The position numbers were made by a program, and so were the translations under genes. This document shows positions 12,458 through 21,274 of a stretch of 64,000 nucleotides of DNA, piece after piece. Within the stretch, counting starts at the first letter, position 1. The number at the start of each line of letters is the position of its first letter. Origin of the DNA: Candidatus Latescibacterota bacterium (GTDB lineage: Bacteria; Latescibacterota; UBA2968; UBA8231); assembly GCA_965248265.1 (NCBI GenBank), contig CBDFJF010000002.1, forward strand, positions 448,001 through 512,000. Reading direction: 5' to 3'. The notes beneath the pieces were generated by a model, which did no database searches, was not told the origin of the DNA, and worked only from the letters and a program-made list of their open reading frames with translations.

Positions 12458-12850
12458 CTCGATTCCCTCGGTTAAGTCATTCACACGCTTGCCGAATGCC
12501 GAAATGTCTGGGTAGCATAAGGCAATGATCAAGGCCGTGCTGAGTTGCCGAATGTACGTCATGTGGAGCTCCTCTCCCTAGCAGCTGCCCCATGACGCCA
12601 ATCAGTGGCGGATACTGCGAGACGTATAGATCTCGCGGTCCACGAGCCCTGGGCTAGCCACTTCCGTGTCTGGAGATCCACGGCATGTCCCGTGGCGATG
12701 CGGGTCACAGGGTTCGCGTCCGAAGGCCGAGGAATCTTCGTGGAGGGAGCAGGCGCAGGACCGACGGGAGTCGGTCTGATTCCGCCATTGACGACCCCGC
12801 TGGCGCGTGTGTTTTATGTGGATGGCAGGTTCCGTGGACCGTGGGGCGGT

Positions 12851-13195
12851 CTACTTGACCAGCATCATCTTGCGGATCTGCGAGAATTCACCGGCTTCCA
12901 GGTTGTAGAAGTAGACGCCGCTGGCGACGGCCCTACCCTGGGTGTCGGCACCATCCCACTTGAACAGGTCCAGCGTGTCGGTACGGCCCGTGACGTAGCC
13001 AGGAGCCTTCACCGTCAACTCGTAGATTCCTGGTGGAATCTGGATGAGCTGGAAGGTGCCGAAGCTGTTCGCGGGCACGTTGACGGAGTCCTCGAGGACG
13101 CCGCCACCCAGATCCACTGGCGTGCTGTCGTTGGCTGCGATGTAGGCTTGGTCGGTGACGTCCTTGGTGCTACCGACCTCGCGTATATAGCACAT
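12851..13195 (-). pseudogene. Remnant of a large secreted protein with a half FlgD-Ig/T9SS-type C-terminal domain
   Basis: No signal peptide. 'IPPGIYELTVKAPGY' is joined directly to 'KWDGADTQGRAVASGVYFYNL...RKMMLVK', and the QNYPNPFN half of the domain is missing. Confidence 0.6.
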
Positions 13196-13319
13196 CCATT
13201 GTGTCAGCGTAGTCCGAACGGCCTTTGGTGTTGATGTCGATTTCCCATGCTCGTCACGGTCAAGCTCATTAGTATGCGATCCCAGCGACTCGCCGGTCTG
13301 CTAAGCCCCGGGGTTTGGG

Positions 13320-15530
13320 TCATGAGCGCTCCGCCGAGTCTGTCGTACACCATACAGGACTGCCCCAGGCTTTTTCCTGGTTCACCTGGACCACGCGAAT
13401 CCAGTAAGCGTTGAGTCCCGGATTCGGCTGAGGGTCGTCGAACTCGAAGCTGGCGTCCCACGGCCCATCGGAGGCCGGGGCTGGCTCGACCTCGACGCGT
13501 TGTCCCAATCCCCCTGCGTCGATGGTGGTGGCCGTATTCAGAACTCCCGACACAGGCAGCGAGAACGTCGCCGGCCCGGTCGTTACCTGCAACGACCCGG
13601 TTGCGCCGCCGAGATCGAGCACGAAGCCGCGTGCGTCGCCGGCTGTGGAGATGTCCCAGGTGAGGCCGTTGTTTGCCGTCTGGGTGATGCGATCGCGGTT
13701 GTCGATGAGGGCGACTGGCTGCACCTGCCGCAGGAATACGTCGGTGAGTTGCAGTTCACCATCCCAACGAGTGGACCGGCTGCGTCCGCGGACGCGAGCG
13801 CCGGCGAACAGTACCCGCAACTGATGTCCATCCGCCGGCCGTGCGATCTGCTCAGTGTGAATGCACTCCATGCCACGGAACAAGTCGATGCGTTCGAGTG
13901 GTCCGGTGGCGTGAACGGAAACCCGGATTCGGGGCGGTCCCGTGATTTCGATCTCCTCGCCCGTCGGATGTCCGTCCACGGTGAAGTCGACGACGATGCG
14001 TTCGCCGCTGGTGGCATAGCATCGGCGCGCCATCGTCGAGTTCCAGATGGATTCGCGCGTCAGTTCCTCCACATAAAGCCCGGTCAGGCCATTGCGAGCT
14101 GCGAAATGGCCCAGGTGCGGCCCCGGGTAGCAGGCGCCCGGATGACCGTAGTGGTCGTCGCTGCCGCCGGCGAATCCGACCTTCAATTCTCGTTCGATGG
14201 CTTCCTCGATCATCCATTCGAACATGCCGTGCTTGGAGTGTACCTCAATGACGGGCTCGAGCTCGGGGTCGTGGAATTCCAGGTTTGCCGGCCTGCCACC
14301 GACATGCGGGTAGCTGATGGCACGGGTGCCGCGCAGGGTGTCATGGATCTTGGTAATGTGGTCGCGGTCGCTGGCAACGTCTCCAAAATCAGTTTGCAGC
14401 CAGTGGCAACAGCGGTGGAGGGGAGGATCATCGTCGAAAAAGAACAGGGCGTGATCACCACCCATCGGCGTTGTTCCGGACCACTCGTAACCGACGAAGG
14501 GGATGAAGCGCCCGGGCTCGTGATAGGCGCGGGTCTTCTCCTTCAGTTCTACCATATCATCGGCGGTGACTTCAAAGCAGTTTCCCTGGTGAGTCGTGAA
14601 CGCCAGGACGCCGACGTCGCGGGCGAAGCGATAGAACTGGTCGATGGAGCCAACGCCGACGGTGGCTCCGGTCTGGCCGCCGTGAAAATCGCCCCAATGC
14701 AGTCGCGGCCCATCGAGTTTTTCGTGGATGACCACTGGATTGCTCAGTGCTTCACGGCCCTGCGAATCGGTAGCCCGGATGCGGACGACGCCGGCTTCAT
14801 CGAATACGACCTCTTCGGTGCGCAGTACAGCGATGAACTCCCCAGAAAACTGCATGGACTGGGGCAGCTGTGTGCGCGCGCCCTCGGTTGAGAGACGGAC
14901 CTCGTCGGCATATCCGGTGGCGGGGTTGCCGTGCCGGTCCTCTGCTTTAACCACCAGCCATCCGCTTTCGCCGACGGCCACTTCAGACGGTGCGATGGCG
15001 ACGAGTCGTTGAGTCGGACCTCCGGCTACGCGCAAACGCGGCGACTGTGGCAGCGGCTGAAAGCTGCCGGTGCCAAACGGATCGATGAACAGCTTGAACT
15101 CAAATTCGCTCTCGTCGTAGGTCTGCGACGTCATCCCGGGACTGCCGGCCGAAGTGTCGCCGAGCACGATGGTGATGGTGTCTCCCTCCCACAGCGCATC
15201 GTCGTCGACATCGATGGTGAGGGCCTGGCGCCAATGACGGATGTATCCGCGCCATTCAAAACGGGATTGGAGCCGGGCGCCGCCGCGCGACTGCAGATGG
15301 ATGGTGGTGTAATCGGGTGCCTGAGGATCATCAAATTGAGGTGCGCCCCAGTCACTGACCTGACGCCATGCCAGCTTGACGGAGCCGCGCTCGTCGATGC
15401 CCCAGCGACCGACGCGAAAGGTGATGCGCCAGGTACCCAGTTCGCCGGCGACTGCATCGGCGGCCGGATCGACCGTCGCCGATCCCAGTTCATCCCTCCA
15501 TTGCTGTTGGGTCCACTCAGGTAAACGCAT
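13320..15530 (-). CDS. DUF3604-like PHP/metallohydrolase domain protein
   Basis: HWGDFHG, GYEWS, YPHVGG, EVHSKHG, GGSDDH, ARRCYATSG, YWIRVVQ...WGSPVW. Confidence 0.78.
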   Translation of the reverse strand: MRLPEWTQQQWRDELGSATVDPAADAVAGELGTWRITFRVGRWGIDERGSVKLAWRQVSDWGAPQFDDPQAPDYTTIHLQSRGGARLQSRFEWRGYIRHWRQALTIDVDDDALWEGDTITIVLGDTSAGSPGMTSQTYDESEFEFKLFIDPFGTGSFQPLPQSPRLRVAGGPTQRLVAIAPSEVAVGESGWLVVKAEDRHGNPATGYADEVRLSTEGARTQLPQSMQFSGEFIAVLRTEEVVFDEAGVVRIRATDSQGREALSNPVVIHEKLDGPRLHWGDFHGGQTGATVGVGSIDQFYRFARDVGVLAFTTHQGNCFEVTADDMVELKEKTRAYHEPGRFIPFVGYEWSGTTPMGGDHALFFFDDDPPLHRCCHWLQTDFGDVASDRDHITKIHDTLRGTRAISYPHVGGRPANLEFHDPELEPVIEVHSKHGMFEWMIEEAIERELKVGFAGGSDDHYGHPGACYPGPHLGHFAARNGLTGLYVEELTRESIWNSTMARRCYATSGERIVVDFTVDGHPTGEEIEITGPPRIRVSVHATGPLERIDLFRGMECIHTEQIARPADGHQLRVLFAGARVRGRSRSTRWDGELQLTDVFLRQVQPVALIDNRDRITQTANNGLTWDISTAGDARGFVLDLGGATGSLQVTTGPATFSLPVSGVLNTATTIDAGGLGQRVEVEPAPASDGPWDASFEFDDPQPNPGLNAYWIRVVQVNQEKAWGSPVWCTTDSAERS

Positions 15531-15569
15531 GTAATCGTCTTTCTGGGTCCGTCGTCAGGATCAGGGGGT

Positions 15570-15585
15570 CCTGAGATATCTCAGG
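15570..15585. promoter_or_regulatory. Perfect 16-bp palindrome, candidate operator
   Basis: CCTGAGATATCTCAGG in the divergent intergenic region, 40 bp upstream of the DUF3604-like gene. Confidence 0.4.
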
Positions 15586-15823
15586 CTACCTTGAGGATGT
15601 CGCCTCGCTATCCACGGAGCGCTTTCCCTGTTGCGATAGTAATCCAGAATAACAGCCCAGGCGGGTCGGACGCACAAGTCGAGTTGGCCGTGGTGCCATG
15701 GGACACGCCCGAGCTGGCTGCGGCGCCGCTCGATCGACACCTGTTACCAGCACGGGACATCACTGTGTGCACGAAGACTCCCTTGCGCGTGGGGAATAAG
15801 CACCTGCGCACTGTCGCGGATGC

Positions 15824-15838
15824 TGGCATGAGCCTTGC
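15824..15838 (+). promoter_or_regulatory. Sigma-54 (-24/-12) promoter
   Basis: TGGCAT-GAGCC-TTGC matches TGGCAY-N5-TTGC, 63 bp before an AAGGAG-preceded ATG (15902). Confidence 0.7.
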
Positions 15839-15901
15839 AAATCACGGACCCGGACCACTTGGTAAACCCACAGCGCCCCCGTACATTGCAAGGAGTAGAT
15901 T

Positions 15902-16480
15902 ATGTCCGAGCCTCCCGAGTCTACAGCCTCACAACCGCAACCTGAAGACATGCACTGGGCCGTATCATACCTGCGCGAGGATCTGCAGGACATCCGCAAC
16001 GAGACACGCGGACTCCACGAGCGGATTGACGACGCGCGCACCGCGGCCACTGGCGAAAGCCGTGATCTCCAAAAGCGAATCGACGACACAAGCGCGGCGG
16101 CGGCCAGCGAACGCCGTGATCTTCGTAAGCGAATCGACGAGTTAGGCGCCGAGGCCGTCCGTGAGCGCGGCGAACTGCGAAAGCGAATTGACGAGGTGAG
16201 CGCGGAGGCGTCCAACGAGCGCGGCGAGCTCCGAAAGCGAATTGACCAGGTAGGCGCCGAGGCATCCAACGAGCGCGGCGAGCTTCGCAAACGAATCGAC
16301 CAGGTAGGCGTCGAGGCATCCAACGAACGCGGCGAGCTTCGCAAACGAATCGACGACACGAACTCTTCGATGAATGCTCGGTTCGAGGCTCTTTCTACGC
16401 GTCTGGATACCCATTTCCGCTGGACCATGATGGCGATGATCAGCATAGGCGGCCTTCTGGCTGCCATGATCAAGCTGTAA
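15902..16480 (+). CDS. Coiled-coil tandem-repeat protein with C-terminal membrane anchor (DUF1640/CCDC90-like architecture)
   Basis: 18-aa repeats RKRIDxVxAEASNERGEL, C-terminal hydrophobic helix (WTMMAMISIGGLLAAMIKL), RBS AAGGAG. Confidence 0.75.
   Translation: MSEPPESTASQPQPEDMHWAVSYLREDLQDIRNETRGLHERIDDARTAATGESRDLQKRIDDTSAAAASERRDLRKRIDELGAEAVRERGELRKRIDEVSAEASNERGELRKRIDQVGAEASNERGELRKRIDQVGVEASNERGELRKRIDDTNSSMNARFEALSTRLDTHFRWTMMAMISIGGLLAAMIKL
16000..16360 (+). repeat. 54-bp coding tandem repeat (~6.5 units)
   Basis: RCGRATYGAC (encoding RID) recurs at 16021, 16075, 16129, 16183, 16237, 16291, 16345. Confidence 0.88.
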
Positions 16481-16521
16481 GGAAATTCCCCAGGGATCAT
16501 CGAGCAGCCTGGCCCGGCTAC

Positions 16522-19500
16522 TCACTTCAGCAACAACAGCTTCCTCGTCGCAACATGTCCGTCACTTCTGAGGCGATACAGATATACTCCGGAAGCGACT
16601 GGCCGGCCTTCGTCGTCGCGACCGTCCCAGCGAACGGTGTGGCTACCAGCCTCCAGGATCGATTTGTGCAACATGCGAATTCTCTGGCCGGCCAGGTTGT
16701 AGACTGCAAGCGAGCCCTGGGCGCGAACTGGGATGGAGAAGCTCACGACCGTGCCGCTGTTGAAGGGATTCGGAAAATTCTGGTGAAGCTCGAAATCGTG
16801 GGGTACGGCTGTTGGCTCCTGTGTCACGGCAGTCTCCCTCCCATCCAGCCGGTACACACCCCACGACGTGGCGACGAACAGCGCGTCCGGATCCGCTGGA
16901 CTGACAGCGACATCGTTGAACCACGGATAACCCGCTATACCTGTCCCGATTGAATTCCAGCTCTCACCCCCATCGCGCGTTTCCAGCAATTCTCTCGGAG
17001 TTACAACGAAGAGCCGGTTGCTGTCGTGCGGATCGAAGCGGATGCGTACCGGATGGGGGATGCGTACCGCCGGGTCCTCTACCATTTCGATGAAGACCCA
17101 TTGCTGGCCAGCCTCGTGCATGAGCTTCCAGTCCTCGCCGTTATCGACGGAGTTGTAAACCCCTTCTGATGTAGCAGCCCACAGCCGCGTGGTGCCGGGT
17201 TGCGCCTCCAGCGTCAATAGATCGCCCTGTCCCGCCTCACCGGCGAGCACCCAATTCAGACCCTGGTCCGCACTGCGATAGATCCGGTTTTCGATCGCGG
17301 CATACAGCCTGCCGCCATCTCGCGTATCGAGTGCTAGTCCGGTCACTGATCCTTCTTCCGGGAGCGACCGCTCTTCCCATGATTCCCCGCCATCGTCACT
17401 GCGCAGGATAGTACCTGGCCGAGCAGAATAGAACACCCCTCGCTGCGTCGGATCGGCGATGATCGTCGGGGAAGCCGAGGCCTTCGAGGTCCCTTCTATC
17501 CACGTCGCACCGTCGTCCTCACTGACCAGGAGGTTGCCCTGCGCCAGACCGAGCAAGCGGCCACGATTGAAGAGATCGAGCTTCAGACTGGTGAACTTCC
17601 ATGACAGGTTGGACTTCCACATCCATGTGGCTCCAGCGTCCGAACTCACATAGATCGCGGCCTTTTCCTCTACATTTTCCAGCACCCCTGCGTACAGACG
17701 GCCGTCGGCATCGAACACAATCGTGCTTGCCGGTGCACCGGCGGGGTCTTCAAGCTGTGGATGGCTCCAGGTGCGGAAGGCATCACGTGAGTGCGGGATT
17801 GATAGCGTCCACCCTGTTGGGTACCCTCCACAACACTGCATCACGATCATGACGTGCTCGGGGTCATGCGGATCAATCACCATGTCCTCGATGTGGCCAT
17901 AATAGTCTAGCGATTCTGACCACCGCCGCTCTGATTGCTTCCAGGTCTCCCCACCGTCGCTGGACCGAGCGAAGTGGGACCAGGTATTGTGATCGTACAG
18001 AACAAACGGGCTGTAGCGAGGCGCTCGAACTTGGAAAATTCCCTGTCGTCGAGCCGGTTGGTTGGTCTTGCCAATGGACTGCCAGCTGCGTGCGTTGTCG
18101 GGGGATTCCCAGAGTTGCTTCGACTCATAATCGATAGCGAGGAGGCAGTCGGGACATCTAGGATCAGCTTCGATCGACCACCACCGCCCCGGCGGCTCGC
18201 CGCCTTCAATCCAGTTCATACCGCCATCAGCACTGCCGAACACGCGACCGTCATCGACAACGGCGTAGATCCAGTGGGGCTCCAATGGATGCACGAGTAC
18301 GGCCTGCCACTGCTCCAGCAATCCGGAGTCCCGCCAAGAATCACCGGCGTCGTCTGAAATCCACAACCTCTGGTCCCTCTGCGCGTACAGCCGGCTCCCT
18401 CTTGCTGGATCTACCGCCAAAAGGGCCACGTCCATTCCAGTTCCCGGAATTGAAATCGATTCCCAGGTCAGCCCTCCATCGCGACTGCGCAGCGGATGAA
18501 CGGTGATGTATACGGTGCTGGGATCGACGGCGTCTACGACAACCCCGTGCAGGGGAAGAGGCGACCACGGCGACACATAGAATATATCCTCCATGGACCT
18601 CTGTAACATGACGCCCATCGGATCCCAGGAGTCACCGCCATCGATGCTGCGCCACAAGGCTGTTTGGGTCGTCGCGTAGACGACACCCGGTGAGCTCGGC
18701 GAGAACGCGATGCCCGTGTTCGCCGACACCCAGTGATCCGACGGGGGGCCGACAAAGCGCCAGGAACCCGTGTTGTGAGGCGCCGGTCTCGACACCGGCG
18801 TGAAATTCAAAACCTGAAAGACACCGATCCCCTCGTTGCCGAACTCGTCCTCTGCCTGTGACTGGAGTAGATACAACCCATCGGGGATGTCGGACCATAT
18901 CGCTTCAAATCGACTCTCCATCCAATGCAAGGGAATACGGGCTATCTCGGTCGTATCTCGATACGCATAAGCAACGGCGTTTACCGAGCTGATCTCACTG
19001 CTTTCCTGGATATCAGCCATGGACATGCTCAGTAGTAGGCCATCTCCTGCCCTCTCGATTGCCAGCCTGGCCACTCGCGGCGCTGTCTCGTCTCCACCCT
19101 CGGCCACTTCCACGTATACCGTGTCTCTCCTGAGACTGACGCTTCCAGTTCTGACCAACAGCTCGAATCCGAGCATGTCTCCAGCCTCCACCCCGGACTG
19201 AATCATGAAATCGGAAGAGCGGATACGAGCCGTCGTCGCGCTCGCTTCGACACTCCCGCGAGCGCTCCCCAGTGCTACAGCGTCGGGATGCAGTGAGCGA
19301 AGGTCGAACGTCAGCGCGGCAAGCGCGTCCGGTGCCTTCACATCCAGGAGGAGTTCGAGATGAATAATCTCACCGGTCTGAGCTTTGCCATCCCCATCGG
19401 AAACACTGTCCACGATCCCCACTTCACGAATGGCCAGCCCCGGCGAGACTCCAGTGAGCATTACCTCTTGGACCCCCACCAGCTCCTCACCGACGTAGAC

Positions 19501-21213
19501 CTCGAGTGAGAGAGAGGCGGTGTGGGTACCGGCAAAGGCGTCTCTCAGACGGAGTGCAAGCCAATCGCCATCTGCCGTACGAGCACTAGCCCTCTGCCCA
19601 ATGTCCAAATCCCTCACGGTCACCTCTCTGCGCACTATCTCTACCAGAGGGTCCTGACTGCTCACCACCACCTTGATTCCTCTGGCTACAATGCCGCCAT
19701 CGTTCCGCAAGTCGAACAGCACTTCGACCGGTTCTCCCGCCATGACGATGCCGTCGCCGCTTGCGTCCACCAGGCGCACCCTTTCGTCGAACGTCAGGAT
19801 TACTGGCAAGTCTACCTGGGCGACGAGTTGGCCTTCATCGACATGGATATCGGAGATTTCGATACTTCGGTTTCCATCCGTGTCGAAAGATGCCGGATTC
19901 GTGTACGGTGTGAGGGCGACATACTCGACCCCGTCGAAGGGATCGGTTGCGTCCCCCCGGTTGCCGCCGTGGGTGGCGCTATAGGCTGCATCGTGCGCCC
20001 AGAAATCGAGATTGTCCTCGCCGCCATGCGGGTCTGGCACGTGGCCGAGCGGAAATCCCGCATCCGACCACCGACCATCAGCGCATTCCAGGTCAACCGA
20101 AGGTCCGTGGATATGCCAAATGAGCAGCCCTTCGGCCGGGATGCGACGGTCGTAGTAGCTGTGTCGCCGCGTGCGGTATTCCAGCAGGAAATACTCTTTC
20201 CGCCACGGCGTTACCGGCACCTTGTGCACGGCGGCAGCCGCGGCTCCTACTGGCCTCATGCGGACGGTCTGTAGCGCCTGGGATGGTTCGCTCACGTGTA
20301 TCCACCCCAGCATCATGCGGCTCCACGCCGAGAAACTGTTGGGACCATCATCGCCGTTCCAGCCATCGGCGCCCCAACCCATCAAGCCCCAGTTGCCGAT
20401 GCCGGCTGAATCGTGCTCGGGTCCCAGCGGCTCCTCGCTCCGCACAAATTTCGTGTTGTAGAGGTCGGGCAGCCCGAGAACGTGCCCGTACTCGTGTGCC
20501 ATCGACCCCACCAGGACGGCATACGAGGCCCCGGCTTGAATCGTCCCTTGTGCGGAACTTATCGCTACCGGAGTTCCCGCAGCGCCCGGGTCGTTCATCA
20601 TCAACTGACCACCCGAGTCTTCCTCAAATACTCCGAGACTGGCGATCCCCGTCGCTGATCCGCGCAGGAAGTTCGCTGGCGCCGACATCATCCCGATGAA
20701 GACGACATCCGCGACACCATCGTCGTCCCCTGAATCAGGGACTCCGTCGGGGCCCTCGTTGTCAAACTGCGAGAAGTCGATATCCTCATCAGCCTTGCGG
20801 AGGATTTCCCGGGAAAACTCGCCGAAGCGGCCGGGCTCAGTAGGGCTGTCAGACAGATAAAACTCCCGATCGCGATCCGATTCGTACCAGCGCGGAATCA
20901 CCTCGCCGTGCACCTGATGGCGACCCAGCGACATCTCGTTGTAGAAGTGGGTGAAGCTGCCAGGGTGGTTGGGGTCAAAGATCCCGTCAGCCCAGTCGGG
21001 CACCTGGCCGCCCACGGGTGCCTCGCCTTTGAAGGTGGCGAAGATCAACACCGCATTGCGGGTCTCCGTCTGTGTGGACTGGGTCGCCTTCGCGGCAATC
21101 GCATGTTGGGTCCACTGCGGCTCGTTAAGGCCGGCACAAACGAAGCTATCGGCTCGTGACTGTGATTGCAGCGTAGAGGCCAGCAGCAGACCGAGAATGG
21201 TGCGCCGGATCAT
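16522..21213 (-). CDS. Secreted M6-family (immune inhibitor A-like) metalloprotease with Ig-like domains, Asp-box/BNR propellers and FlgD-Ig/T9SS-type CTD
   Basis: Signal peptide; HEYGHVLGLPDLY; WGLMG; many SxDGGxxW boxes; QNFPNPFN...WDGRDDEGRPVASGVY...KLLLLK. Start either 21213 or 21264. Confidence 0.85.
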   Translation of the reverse strand: MIRRTILGLLLASTLQSQSRADSFVCAGLNEPQWTQHAIAAKATQSTQTETRNAVLIFATFKGEAPVGGQVPDWADGIFDPNHPGSFTHFYNEMSLGRHQVHGEVIPRWYESDRDREFYLSDSPTEPGRFGEFSREILRKADEDIDFSQFDNEGPDGVPDSGDDDGVADVVFIGMMSAPANFLRGSATGIASLGVFEEDSGGQLMMNDPGAAGTPVAISSAQGTIQAGASYAVLVGSMAHEYGHVLGLPDLYNTKFVRSEEPLGPEHDSAGIGNWGLMGWGADGWNGDDGPNSFSAWSRMMLGWIHVSEPSQALQTVRMRPVGAAAAAVHKVPVTPWRKEYFLLEYRTRRHSYYDRRIPAEGLLIWHIHGPSVDLECADGRWSDAGFPLGHVPDPHGGEDNLDFWAHDAAYSATHGGNRGDATDPFDGVEYVALTPYTNPASFDTDGNRSIEISDIHVDEGQLVAQVDLPVILTFDERVRLVDASGDGIVMAGEPVEVLFDLRNDGGIVARGIKVVVSSQDPLVEIVRREVTVRDLDIGQRASARTADGDWLALRLRDAFAGTHTASLSLEVYVGEELVGVQEVMLTGVSPGLAIREVGIVDSVSDGDGKAQTGEIIHLELLLDVKAPDALAALTFDLRSLHPDAVALGSARGSVEASATTARIRSSDFMIQSGVEAGDMLGFELLVRTGSVSLRRDTVYVEVAEGGDETAPRVARLAIERAGDGLLLSMSMADIQESSEISSVNAVAYAYRDTTEIARIPLHWMESRFEAIWSDIPDGLYLLQSQAEDEFGNEGIGVFQVLNFTPVSRPAPHNTGSWRFVGPPSDHWVSANTGIAFSPSSPGVVYATTQTALWRSIDGGDSWDPMGVMLQRSMEDIFYVSPWSPLPLHGVVVDAVDPSTVYITVHPLRSRDGGLTWESISIPGTGMDVALLAVDPARGSRLYAQRDQRLWISDDAGDSWRDSGLLEQWQAVLVHPLEPHWIYAVVDDGRVFGSADGGMNWIEGGEPPGRWWSIEADPRCPDCLLAIDYESKQLWESPDNARSWQSIGKTNQPARRQGIFQVRAPRYSPFVLYDHNTWSHFARSSDGGETWKQSERRWSESLDYYGHIEDMVIDPHDPEHVMIVMQCCGGYPTGWTLSIPHSRDAFRTWSHPQLEDPAGAPASTIVFDADGRLYAGVLENVEEKAAIYVSSDAGATWMWKSNLSWKFTSLKLDLFNRGRLLGLAQGNLLVSEDDGATWIEGTSKASASPTIIADPTQRGVFYSARPGTILRSDDGGESWEERSLPEEGSVTGLALDTRDGGRLYAAIENRIYRSADQGLNWVLAGEAGQGDLLTLEAQPGTTRLWAATSEGVYNSVDNGEDWKLMHEAGQQWVFIEMVEDPAVRIPHPVRIRFDPHDSNRLFVVTPRELLETRDGGESWNSIGTGIAGYPWFNDVAVSPADPDALFVATSWGVYRLDGRETAVTQEPTAVPHDFELHQNFPNPFNSGTVVSFSIPVRAQGSLAVYNLAGQRIRMLHKSILEAGSHTVRWDGRDDEGRPVASGVYLYRLRSDGHVATRKLLLLK

Positions 21214-21274
21214 TTCGCTAAGTCCTCGTCCTCGGGGACGACGCTGCCGAGAGCCCTCCGGCACATTCCTCAGA

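Noticed and set aside
13500-14891. Long antisense ORFs (also 4083-5120, 39507-40472, 61247-62383)
   Set aside because: They are mirror frames of well-supported genes, common in GC-rich DNA.
16000-16360. 54-bp repeats as CRISPR or a non-coding repeat
   Set aside because: The units are contiguous, in frame and vary at codon third positions, so they are coding.
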